From NCBI GenBank assembly GCA_903875045.1, contig CAIQUS010000069.1, forward strand, positions 14,083 through 78,082: a stretch of 64,000 nt of DNA, in the 5' to 3' direction. Shown one piece after another: positions 9,899-17,680 of the stretch; position 1 is the first letter of the stretch; each line of letters starts with the position of its first letter. The position numbers were made by a program, and so were the translations under genes. The notes beneath the pieces are model-generated. The model ran no database searches. It worked only from the letters and a program-made list of their open reading frames with translations, and was not told where the DNA came from. This DNA is from an uncultured Bacteroidales bacterium (GTDB taxonomy: Bacteria > Bacteroidota > Bacteroidia > Bacteroidales > FEN-979).

Positions 9899-10627
9899 TT
9901 ATTCCCCTTTTATATGCTTACTCCTTTTAAACCTGTCTTTCTCAGCTGAACTCATTTTTTCCGTGGCATACTGAAAAATCAACCGTGGCGAGGTTTCCTT
10001 GTATTTCAATAAAAATGTTTCGGCAGGGGCCGGTTGCTTTTTCCACATTTCGCGCAGGAACCAGCCCAACCCCTGGTGTACTTCACGTGCAGGATCATGC
10101 ATCATGGGCTCAATGAAATGATACCAGGGACTGAAATCAGCGGAAAGTTTCATAGGCTTGATCAGGCTGACCACTGCGGCCCTCCGTTGAAATTTATTCT
10201 CAGCTGTTCGCCAGGGTTCGATTGACTTAGTGTTGATCAGTCCCTGTTTAAAGAACAGGTTCATCAGTTCCCCGCAAATATAATCGGTTTGAGCCCAGTT
10301 CGTTATACCGACGGAGAACCACTGTTCTACGGTATCAAATGTTCCGGCTGTCCAGGATTTGTTAAAACCAAGCACCAACTGAATTGCGATGGCTGTTGAC
10401 TCATACTTTGGTGAGGTTACAAGAAGGAGGGAAGTTTCCAGTATAAGCTCCTGTGTCATTCCCGGAATGGAAAGAATCTCTGATACCTTGCCTTTAACCT
10501 GTTCATGGGTTAATCCATAAGCATCATAGCCTTCCTTGAAATACCTGGCGTACTTTTCAACGATTGCAGGGTTTTCGTTTTGCGTACCAAATGTTTGAAT
10601 GCTGGCAAAAAGATCGTTGGGGTTCAT
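9899..10627 (-). CDS. DNA alkylation repair protein (AlkD-like)
   Basis: NWAQTD, FQRRAAVV, VHQGLGWFLRE. Confidence 0.85.
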   Translation of the reverse strand: MNPNDLFASIQTFGTQNENPAIVEKYARYFKEGYDAYGLTHEQVKGKVSEILSIPGMTQELILETSLLLVTSPKYESTAIAIQLVLGFNKSWTAGTFDTVEQWFSVGITNWAQTDYICGELMNLFFKQGLINTKSIEPWRTAENKFQRRAAVVSLIKPMKLSADFSPWYHFIEPMMHDPAREVHQGLGWFLREMWKKQPAPAETFLLKYKETSPRLIFQYATEKMSSAEKDRFKRSKHIKGE

Positions 10628-10678
10628 GGATTAAGCCTCCGGGCAGAAATCATTGAAAATGGTGAAATTGTAATTGTT

Positions 10679-11698
10679 CTATTTTTCAGGTTTATAATGT
10701 GACAAATTCAGAATTTTTTGGGAGTTCTTTTCGTTCATGACCTCTTGCAAGGTCACTTCGGGATTGTTTTCCAAATATTTTCTGACGATCTGCCATCCAA
10801 GCCATTCGCCAAGCCGTGCAGGAGACTCTTTCGAAAACTCAGCAGCAAATGGGCCATCGGCTAAAAAAGACCGGATCAGTTTCCCGTCTGTGGTATAGAG
10901 CATCCTGTTGTCGATGATGGCTGCCCACACATGTGCTTCATTCTTCACAATCCAGTCATATTGTTCTTTGGAATAACCGATCTTTAACCGGTCTTCTGTT
11001 TGTGGGATCATGGCATCAACGAACAGTAGTCGCTTTCCGGCATCGATCATCTGTTCCAGCAGGGTATTTCCGGGAAATTGCTCAGGGTAGGTAATTTTTC
11101 CGAGAACTTTCATACAGTCGGGAATAATATCGGAAGAAGTCATGCGGGAGATCCGGTATAGAGGCAGTCCGTCGGCAATATAGGGTTTAAATCCCGCACC
11201 AAGATAGTTATCCAGTCCGATGAGTAATACGCTGTCGGCGAACTGAACCGGAAAATCGTAATCGCCTCCTGAAATGTATGCATAAATTCTTGGGATTTTG
11301 GACCCGGGATAATAATAGAGATAATGCTTCATGGCAAGGGTGAGATCTTTTTCAAGACCAGGGATTTGGCTGTAAGCACTATCAACAGCCTTGTGAAATC
11401 CAAGGTTACGCGGACTTTCCAGATAGGCCTTCATGTCATTTAATTTTGCAGGATCACTCAGATCGGTATCAAGAAAGAAACGGTATGCCGGCTTAATTGA
11501 TTCAAGTCCCAGTTGCAGCTGAGAAAGGTTGATATTGAATAAATCCACATCATAACGATGAATTTTCAATTCAGGAAGGTTGATTCTGGAAACATCCACA
11601 TCGAGCCGGTGACTGCTGTTGCTACAACCCGACAGAATGGCCAGACATAAGGTAAAACTAAATAAAAACAATCGCATTTTCAAAATTTTAAATGTCAT
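10679..11698 (-). CDS. gldB: GldB-like lipoprotein
   Basis: Lipobox LSGC, IGLDNYLG, ESPARLGEWLGWQIVRKY, YKP end; near nadE. Confidence 0.8.
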   Translation of the reverse strand: MTFKILKMRLFLFSFTLCLAILSGCSNSSHRLDVDVSRINLPELKIHRYDVDLFNINLSQLQLGLESIKPAYRFFLDTDLSDPAKLNDMKAYLESPRNLGFHKAVDSAYSQIPGLEKDLTLAMKHYLYYYPGSKIPRIYAYISGGDYDFPVQFADSVLLIGLDNYLGAGFKPYIADGLPLYRISRMTSSDIIPDCMKVLGKITYPEQFPGNTLLEQMIDAGKRLLFVDAMIPQTEDRLKIGYSKEQYDWIVKNEAHVWAAIIDNRMLYTTDGKLIRSFLADGPFAAEFSKESPARLGEWLGWQIVRKYLENNPEVTLQEVMNEKNSQKILNLSHYKPEK

Positions 11699-11845
11699 TT
11701 AAACCAATAAACCAGTTAATTCCATTAAACGTTTTTCCCTGTTGATTATTTTTGGATAAAAAAATAAAGAATCGTAGAATCGCTGGATGATTAATAGTTA
11801 CTTTTGTTCCGGACTACCTCATTTTACAAACATTAAATCAGTGAC

Positions 11846-12550
11846 ATGAAAAAAACATCTGCCATTTTATTCTTTATATTGCTCTATCTGATAAATATAA
11901 CAACTTTCGGTCAGGCTAAGTTCCCGATGAAACTCGGGTTGAAGGTGGCACCGAACATCGGGTGGATGGTTCCCGGAACAAAGGGTTATTCAAGCGATGG
12001 TGCAAGAATGGGGGTGACGATCGGATTTGTCAGCGATTTCTATTTTGCCGAGAATTACGCTTTTTCCACCGGGTTTAATTTCCAATTTATCAACGGTGCA
12101 TTAAACTATACCGACTCCCTGTTGCTGGAAGGCAACAATAAATTGGTCAATGGGGATGTTTTCAGAAAATACAACTTGTTGTACCTTGAGATCCCGATGA
12201 TGATTAAAATGAAAACCAAATCATTTGGCAAGATATCTTTTTTCGGTCAGATCGGAGTTGGAACCGGATTCCGTATAAAGGCCACTGTAAAGGAGCATTT
12301 TGAACCCACTTCGGGTGGGGTTCCGGTTGATCAGCAGTACGATTTCAATAATGGGACTACACTCATCCGTGAATCAATCCTTGTCGGTATTGGTTGTGAG
12401 TATCATATTGATGAGTCTTCACGGATACTCCTTGGTATTTCATATTCCAATTCACTCAACAACGTGTTGACCGGGGTTAATTATAAATCGAACCTCATCG
12501 AAAAAAGTCAGTTGAATTTTGCTGAGCTGAATATAGGTTTTCTTTTTTAA
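11846..12550 (+). CDS. Outer-membrane beta-barrel (porin/PorT-like family)
   Basis: Signal peptide, YLEIPMMIKMKT, terminal F; TACTTTTG at 11799-11806. Confidence 0.8.
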   Translation: MKKTSAILFFILLYLINITTFGQAKFPMKLGLKVAPNIGWMVPGTKGYSSDGARMGVTIGFVSDFYFAENYAFSTGFNFQFINGALNYTDSLLLEGNNKLVNGDVFRKYNLLYLEIPMMIKMKTKSFGKISFFGQIGVGTGFRIKATVKEHFEPTSGGVPVDQQYDFNNGTTLIRESILVGIGCEYHIDESSRILLGISYSNSLNNVLTGVNYKSNLIEKSQLNFAELNIGFLF

Positions 12551-12559
12551 TCATGCAAG

Positions 12560-14266
12560 ATGAAGATCGCCCTTGCTCAGTTGAACTATCGCGTTGGTGA
12601 TTTCGAAAAAAACATTTCACGAATTACGGATTCCATAGCGCAGGCAAAATTACAACAGGCTGATTTGATTGTTTTTGCCGAACTGTCTATTTGTGGTTAT
12701 CCGCCGCGCGATTTTCTCGAATTCAACGATTTTATTTACAGATGCAATGAGGCTGTTGAAATAATTGCCGCCAGATGCCAGGGGATCGCTGCCATCGTTG
12801 GGGCTCCCTCAGCCAATCCGGCCCCAAAGGGGAAACCACTCTATAATACAGCCTGGTTTCTGGCCGATGGGAAAATTCTTGCCAAATCTCATAAAACACT
12901 TCTCCCGAATTATGATGTTTTTGATGAATACCGGTATTTTGAACCAAACAGGCTCCCTTATTCTGTAGTGGAATACAATGGATTTCGATTTGCGGTGACG
13001 ATCTGTGAAGATTTGTGGAATATCACCAACGACCCGCTCTATATTCGTAATCCTATGGATGAACTGGTTAAGCTGAACCCCGATGTCATCATCAACATTG
13101 CCGCTTCACCGTTTCACTACAATCAACCAGAAATGAGACGCGACATCCTGGTTCGGAATGCCCGTAAATACAACCTGCCCGTCTTTTATGTCAATCAGGT
13201 GGGCGGACAAACCGAACTGATATTCGATGGCGGATCAATGGTTGTTGATTCGCAAGGGGAGGTAGTCGCTCAATTGAAGGCGTTTGAGGAAGATCTGGGG
13301 ATTTTTGAAATTGGAAATTGGAAATTGGAAACTGGAAACCCGAAACAGCCCCCCCCTCCATTATCACATCATCAAATTACCACATTATCACATCATCATA
13401 TCATCACATCATCAAATTCCTTTCATCCCATCAACTTAATCCACTCCGCCTTGATTTTAGGAATCCGGGATTATTTCGGGAAGCTAGGATTTTCCAAAGC
13501 GATTCTGGGTTTGTCGGGCGGTATTGATTCCGCAGTTACCCTGGTACTGGCTGCACAGGCACTTGGAAATGAAAATGTCAGGGCGATCCTGCTGCCATCA
13601 CAGTTTTCGTCGGATCACAGCATTTCAGATGCGGTTGCTTTGGCTGAAAATCTCCATGTTCCCTTTGATATCATTCCGATTGCCGAAGGGTTTCAATCAT
13701 TTGAAAAAATGCTTCAGCCACAATTCGCCGGATTGCCATTTAACCTCGCTGAGGAGAATATCCAGGCAAGGATCCGGGCAGTAATACTCATGGCCTTATC
13801 CAATAAATTTGGTTACATTCTTCTGAACACTTCCAATAAAAGTGAAGCAGCAGTGGGTTACGGAACACTATATGGAGATATGTGCGGTGGGCTGTCGGTG
13901 TTAGGAGATGTATACAAGACACAGGTTTACGAACTGGCACGGTACATCAACAAAGATGAGGAGATAATTCCGCAGAACTCAATCCTGAAACCACCTTCAG
14001 CCGAATTGCGGCCCGATCAGAAAGATTCCGATTCATTGCCTGAGTATGAGATCCTCGATCAGGTGCTTTACCGGTACATCGAACAACGCAACGGACCAGA
14101 CGAACTGATTGCTGCCGGATTCGATGAAACCATGGTAAAAAAGGTGTTGAAGCTGGTCAACACCAATGAATACAAGCGCTATCAGACACCACCCATTCTC
14201 AGGGTGTCGCCGAAAGCGTTCGGAATGGGACGCCGCATGCCCATCGTTGCAAAATACCTGGCCTGA
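12560..14266 (+). CDS. nadE: Glutamine-dependent NAD+ synthetase with repeat-derived linker
   Basis: CN-hydrolase domain (ICEDLW) plus synthetase domain (GLSGGIDS, NIQARIR, PPSAELRPDQKD). Confidence 0.95.
   Translation: MKIALAQLNYRVGDFEKNISRITDSIAQAKLQQADLIVFAELSICGYPPRDFLEFNDFIYRCNEAVEIIAARCQGIAAIVGAPSANPAPKGKPLYNTAWFLADGKILAKSHKTLLPNYDVFDEYRYFEPNRLPYSVVEYNGFRFAVTICEDLWNITNDPLYIRNPMDELVKLNPDVIINIAASPFHYNQPEMRRDILVRNARKYNLPVFYVNQVGGQTELIFDGGSMVVDSQGEVVAQLKAFEEDLGIFEIGNWKLETGNPKQPPPPLSHHQITTLSHHHIITSSNSFHPINLIHSALILGIRDYFGKLGFSKAILGLSGGIDSAVTLVLAAQALGNENVRAILLPSQFSSDHSISDAVALAENLHVPFDIIPIAEGFQSFEKMLQPQFAGLPFNLAEENIQARIRAVILMALSNKFGYILLNTSNKSEAAVGYGTLYGDMCGGLSVLGDVYKTQVYELARYINKDEEIIPQNSILKPPSAELRPDQKDSDSLPEYEILDQVLYRYIEQRNGPDELIAAGFDETMVKKVLKLVNTNEYKRYQTPPILRVSPKAFGMGRRMPIVAKYLA
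13307..13348 (+). repeat. Heptamer array (GAAATTG)x~6, G-form, inside nadE
   Basis: gaaattg x3, gaaactg, gaaaccc, gaaacag. Confidence 0.85.
13359..13414 (+). repeat. Octamer array (CATCATCA)x7, C-form, inside nadE
   Basis: cattatca catcatca aattacca cattatca catcatca tatcatca catcatca. Confidence 0.9.
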
Positions 14267-14293
14267 AGCGCGACTTAATGCCTGGTTATTATA

Positions 14294-14542
14294 TTACTCC
14301 GCAGTGACCGATTCAACAGCTTTTATTTCCGGAAGTGCTCTGATCACTGCTGCTTCAATGCCGTTTTTAAGTGTCATTTGGCTGTGTGGGCAATTTCCGC
14401 ACATACCCAGCAACCGGATGTTCACGGTATTGTCTTCGGTGAGATTTACATATTCAATATCACCGCCATCGGCCTGAAGATATGGACGTATCTGCTCCAG
14501 CACATTTTTTACTTTCGATTCGAGTTCTTGGTTGGCTATCAT
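14294..14542 (-). CDS. NifU/NfuA family Fe-S carrier
   Basis: IRPYLQADGGDIE, GMCGNCP. Confidence 0.93.
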   Translation of the reverse strand: MIANQELESKVKNVLEQIRPYLQADGGDIEYVNLTEDNTVNIRLLGMCGNCPHSQMTLKNGIEAAVIRALPEIKAVESVTAE

Positions 14543-14550
14543 TGGAAAAG

Positions 14551-14588
14551 GATTTGAAAATTTGAAGATTTGAAGATTTGAAAATTTG
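14551..14588 (+). repeat. Octamer array (GATTTGAA)x~5, G-form
   Basis: gatttgaa aatttgaa gatttgaa gatttgaa aatttg. Confidence 0.9.
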
Positions 14589-14629
14589 TTAAGATCAATG
14601 AATTTAAATTCAATTTTTTACTCTAATGA

Positions 14630-14695
14630 CCCGTCACCTGTCACCTGTCACGTGTTACCCGTCACCTGTCACCTGTCACGTGTTACCCGTCACCT
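14630..14695 (+). repeat. Heptamer array (CCTGTCA)x9, C-form, with 28-bp higher-order period
   Basis: [cccgtca cctgtca cctgtca cgtgtta]x2 + cccgtca. Confidence 0.95.
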
Positions 14696-15785
14696 ATTCT
14701 CCGCCCCCAAAAATCTCCCTGATCGAATTGCTGATGGCTATCTGTTGCGCCACGGTCTCAGCTAAATTCAGGAAGGCAGGTGAAACAGGCGATTGATCGT
14801 CAAGGGCAATAGGAACCCCGGAATCACCTGAATCGGCAATGGCAGGGACGATTGGGATCTGGCCCAGCAGCGGGATATTGAGTTCCGCAGCGAATTTTTT
14901 ACAACCGCCTTCACCAAAAATAAAATATTTTTTTTCCGGTGATTCAGGGGGTGAAAAATAGGCCATGTTTTCAACCAAACCAAGTATTGGGATGTTGATT
15001 TTGTCATTGCGGAACATATCGGCGGCTTTGCGCACATCAGCAATGGCAACCTGTTGAGGGGTACTCACAATAATGGCTCCCGTGAGAGGGAAGTCCTGGA
15101 TCAATGTGAGGGGTATGTCGCCGGTACCTGGCGGAAGGTCGATCACCATGTAGTCGAGTGCACCCCATTCGGCATCGGTGAAGAGCTGGCGAAGGGCCAT
15201 TGAAGCCATTGGTCCGCGCCAGATGAGCGCTTTCGACTGGTCAACGAAAAAACCGATCGACAAAACCTTGATCCCGAATTTCTCAAACGGATAAACGAAG
15301 GTCCTGCCGTCTTTGTCATACCCTGTCGGGCGTTCGTTGAGCATGCCAAACATCATGGGAATAGAGGGTCCGTAAATGTCAGCATCAATCAGCCCGACCT
15401 TTGCTCCGGTTTTTGACAGCGCAATGGCGAGGTTCACAGCAACAGTTGATTTTCCAACACCACCTTTCCCGGATCCAACCGCAATGATGTTTTTTACGTT
15501 TTTAAGCATGGCATCTGTCTCCTTGCGCCGGGAAGTAACCCGGGAGGTCATATTTACTGTGACTTCGGCAGCAGGATCAACATATTGATGGATTGCATCG
15601 ACACACGACTGCCTGATCTGGTTTTTCAGCGGACAAGCAGGGGTGGTCAAAACAACATCAAACGATACTTTGTTGCCGTCAATCGCAATGTTTTCAATCA
15701 TATTAAGGGAGACCAGGTCTTTTTTCAGATCCGGGTCATCCACGTGCCTGAGGGCATCAACTATTTGGGTGTTATTCAGGGTCAT
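14694..15785 (-). CDS. mrp: Mrp/NBP35 Fe-S cluster carrier ATPase
   Basis: DUF59 N-domain (LTTPACP), GSGKGGVGKS, DLPPGTGD. Confidence 0.93.
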   Translation of the reverse strand: MTLNNTQIVDALRHVDDPDLKKDLVSLNMIENIAIDGNKVSFDVVLTTPACPLKNQIRQSCVDAIHQYVDPAAEVTVNMTSRVTSRRKETDAMLKNVKNIIAVGSGKGGVGKSTVAVNLAIALSKTGAKVGLIDADIYGPSIPMMFGMLNERPTGYDKDGRTFVYPFEKFGIKVLSIGFFVDQSKALIWRGPMASMALRQLFTDAEWGALDYMVIDLPPGTGDIPLTLIQDFPLTGAIIVSTPQQVAIADVRKAADMFRNDKINIPILGLVENMAYFSPPESPEKKYFIFGEGGCKKFAAELNIPLLGQIPIVPAIADSGDSGVPIALDDQSPVSPAFLNLAETVAQQIAISNSIREIFGGGE

Positions 15786-15804
15786 TTTTTGGGGTTATTG
15801 GTTT

Positions 15805-15844
15805 GGTGAATGGGTAAATGAGTGGGCGAGTGGGCGAGTGGGCG
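15805..15844 (+). repeat. Octamer array (AGTGGGCG/GGTGAATG)x5, G-form
   Basis: ggtgaatg ggtaaatg agtgggcg x3. Confidence 0.9.
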
Positions 15845-15853
15845 GGAATAGCA

Positions 15854-16225
15854 TCATAGTTCCTGGTAATTTTCAATTTTCAATTCTTTGTTTGGATCCC
15901 AGAAAACTTCCGCAAATCTGGTAATCTGGTCATTTTTAATTTCGATTCCTTCATTTTCAAGTAACTGTTGCATGATAGCCGGGTTTCCGAAATGATGTTT
16001 GCCGGTTAACAGTCCGTTACGGTTGACCACCCGGTGTGCGGGAATATCCGTAACCTGCATGTGTGCGGCATTCATTGCCCAGCCAACCATCCTGGCTGAA
16101 CCGCGTGTGGCAATGTACCCGGCGATGGCCCCGTATGATGTTACACGGCCATAAGGAATAAGCCTTACCACGGCAAACACATTTTCGAAAAAAGATCCGG
16201 AATTTTGTTTGGTACCTGTGGTCAT
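15854..16225 (-). CDS. MGMT-family alkyltransferase-like protein
   Basis: IPYGRVTSYG, ARMVGWAM, PAHRVV (no catalytic Cys). Confidence 0.9.
   Translation of the reverse strand: MTTGTKQNSGSFFENVFAVVRLIPYGRVTSYGAIAGYIATRGSARMVGWAMNAAHMQVTDIPAHRVVNRNGLLTGKHHFGNPAIMQQLLENEGIEIKNDQITRFAEVFWDPNKELKIENYQEL
15868..15888 (+). repeat. Short heptamer array (AATTTTC)x~3, C-form, in the MGMT 3' end
   Basis: aattttc aattttc aattctt; encodes ELKIEN. Confidence 0.6.
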
Positions 16226-16566
16226 TAAAGCTGCTCCTTTATATCCAGCAGAAACGCTTTAATCCGGTTGAGCGAATCAATGGCCTCCACTTTGTTCACT
16301 ACATCTTCCTTGTTTTCCTTCAGCTTGTCTTTGGCACCTTGTAAAGTAAACCCACGCTCTTTTACCAGATGGTAGATAATCCGAAGATTATCCAGGTCTT
16401 TTTGGGTGAATAATCGGTTTCCTTTCTTGTTTTTCATGGGTTTGAGAACATCAAATTCCTTTTCCCAAAACCGAATCAGCGAAGCATTCACATCAAACAA
16501 TTCAGCTACCTCGCCGATTGAATAATAGATCTTTTCAATTTTTGCATTTTTCCTTAACATCGTCAA
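16225..16566 (-). CDS. MerR-family transcriptional regulator
   Basis: KIYYSIGEVA..SLIRFWEKEF..KNKKGNRLF. Confidence 0.92.
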   Translation of the reverse strand: MTMLRKNAKIEKIYYSIGEVAELFDVNASLIRFWEKEFDVLKPMKNKKGNRLFTQKDLDNLRIIYHLVKERGFTLQGAKDKLKENKEDVVNKVEAIDSLNRIKAFLLDIKEQL

Positions 16567-16571
16567 ATTGG

Positions 16572-17549
16572 CTAATCCATGGTTTGTGACGGTTGGGCCG
16601 ACAATTCAAGCATCATCTGGAACTGTTGTGGCGTAATGTCATTGAAAAAGAAAAAAATCGGGTTTACCGGTACACCGTTTTTCCTTACCTCATAATGCAA
16701 ATGGGGTGAAGTTGATTTACCGGTATTCCCAACATAACCAATGATTTGCCCGCGCAGAATTTTCTGACCGGGTTTGACAAATATTCTCGAAAGGTGGGCA
16801 TAAACAGTTTGATAACTGTATCCGTGATTGATGCGGATTTCATTGCCGTATCCACCCTGCACATCGCGGCCGGCATCGGTAACTGTACCATTGCCTGTGG
16901 CATATATTTCGGTTCCGACGGTTGCCGAAAAATCCATCCCTTCATGAAACTTCCTGACCTTGTAAAAGGGATCCATCCGTGCACCAAAATATGAACCAAT
17001 CCGCTTGAGATCTTTATTGTTGACCGGCTGAATGGCAGGGATAGAAACCAACATCCTCTCTTTGTTCTTTGCGAGGTCAAAAACCTCATCAAAGGATTTT
17101 GACTGAACATAAAGTTTTCCTAAAATCCGGTCCATCGTTTTTTCTGTCTCAATGATGAGATCAGAGTTGGTGTAACCTTTCAGCGCTTCATAACGGTCGA
17201 TTCCTCCAATTCCGGCTGAACGAATCGAGTTGGGAATGGGTTCTGCCTCAAAAATCACCCGGTAAATATTGTCGTCGCGGTCCTGAAGGTCGGCTATGAT
17301 TTTTGTCACTTTATCAAGCTGATCATTCAAAATCTGGTACTGTAGCTTCATCTGGTCAATCTCCCGCTTCTGGGCTTTTTCCTTTGGGGAATCCAGGAAA
17401 TTGTAAGCAATCACCAGCACCACAGCCGCAAATACAACACCTGTCGACAGGTGTGAGAAAAAATACAACAAACGCTTCCGCATCGTTGTATGCACCCGGT
17501 CGAAGGTTAATGACTTTTTATTGAATTTGTACTTTACCTTACTCATCAA
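16572..17549 (-). CDS. M23 family metallopeptidase
   Basis: HEGMDF, YAHL, STSPHLHYEV. Confidence 0.93.
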   Translation of the reverse strand: MMSKVKYKFNKKSLTFDRVHTTMRKRLLYFFSHLSTGVVFAAVVLVIAYNFLDSPKEKAQKREIDQMKLQYQILNDQLDKVTKIIADLQDRDDNIYRVIFEAEPIPNSIRSAGIGGIDRYEALKGYTNSDLIIETEKTMDRILGKLYVQSKSFDEVFDLAKNKERMLVSIPAIQPVNNKDLKRIGSYFGARMDPFYKVRKFHEGMDFSATVGTEIYATGNGTVTDAGRDVQGGYGNEIRINHGYSYQTVYAHLSRIFVKPGQKILRGQIIGYVGNTGKSTSPHLHYEVRKNGVPVNPIFFFFNDITPQQFQMMLELSAQPSQTMD

Positions 17550-17591
17550 CAGGTAATAAAGAATTGTTCAAAACAGGCAGGCTAACAGCTA

Positions 17592-17617
17592 CAAAATTAA
17601 GTAAATAATTAACTTTG
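17592..17617. promoter_or_regulatory. Back-to-back -7 promoter elements for the M23 operon and alaS
   Basis: TAATTTTG on minus (17592-17599); TAACTTTG on plus (17610-17617). Confidence 0.6.
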
Positions 17618-17680
17618 CAGCCGTTTTCGGCTTTTAAAAAATGTTAAAGATTGTTAATGATTTGTTAATCTTATAATTAG

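Noticed and set aside
10653-10676. Possible degenerate octamer array (ttgaaaat ggtgaaat tgtaattg)
   Set aside because: Too short and degenerate to distinguish from AT-rich background.
15854-16225. Inactivated methyltransferase pseudogene (PAHR instead of PCHR)
   Set aside because: Cys-less alkyltransferase-like proteins are a known functional class.
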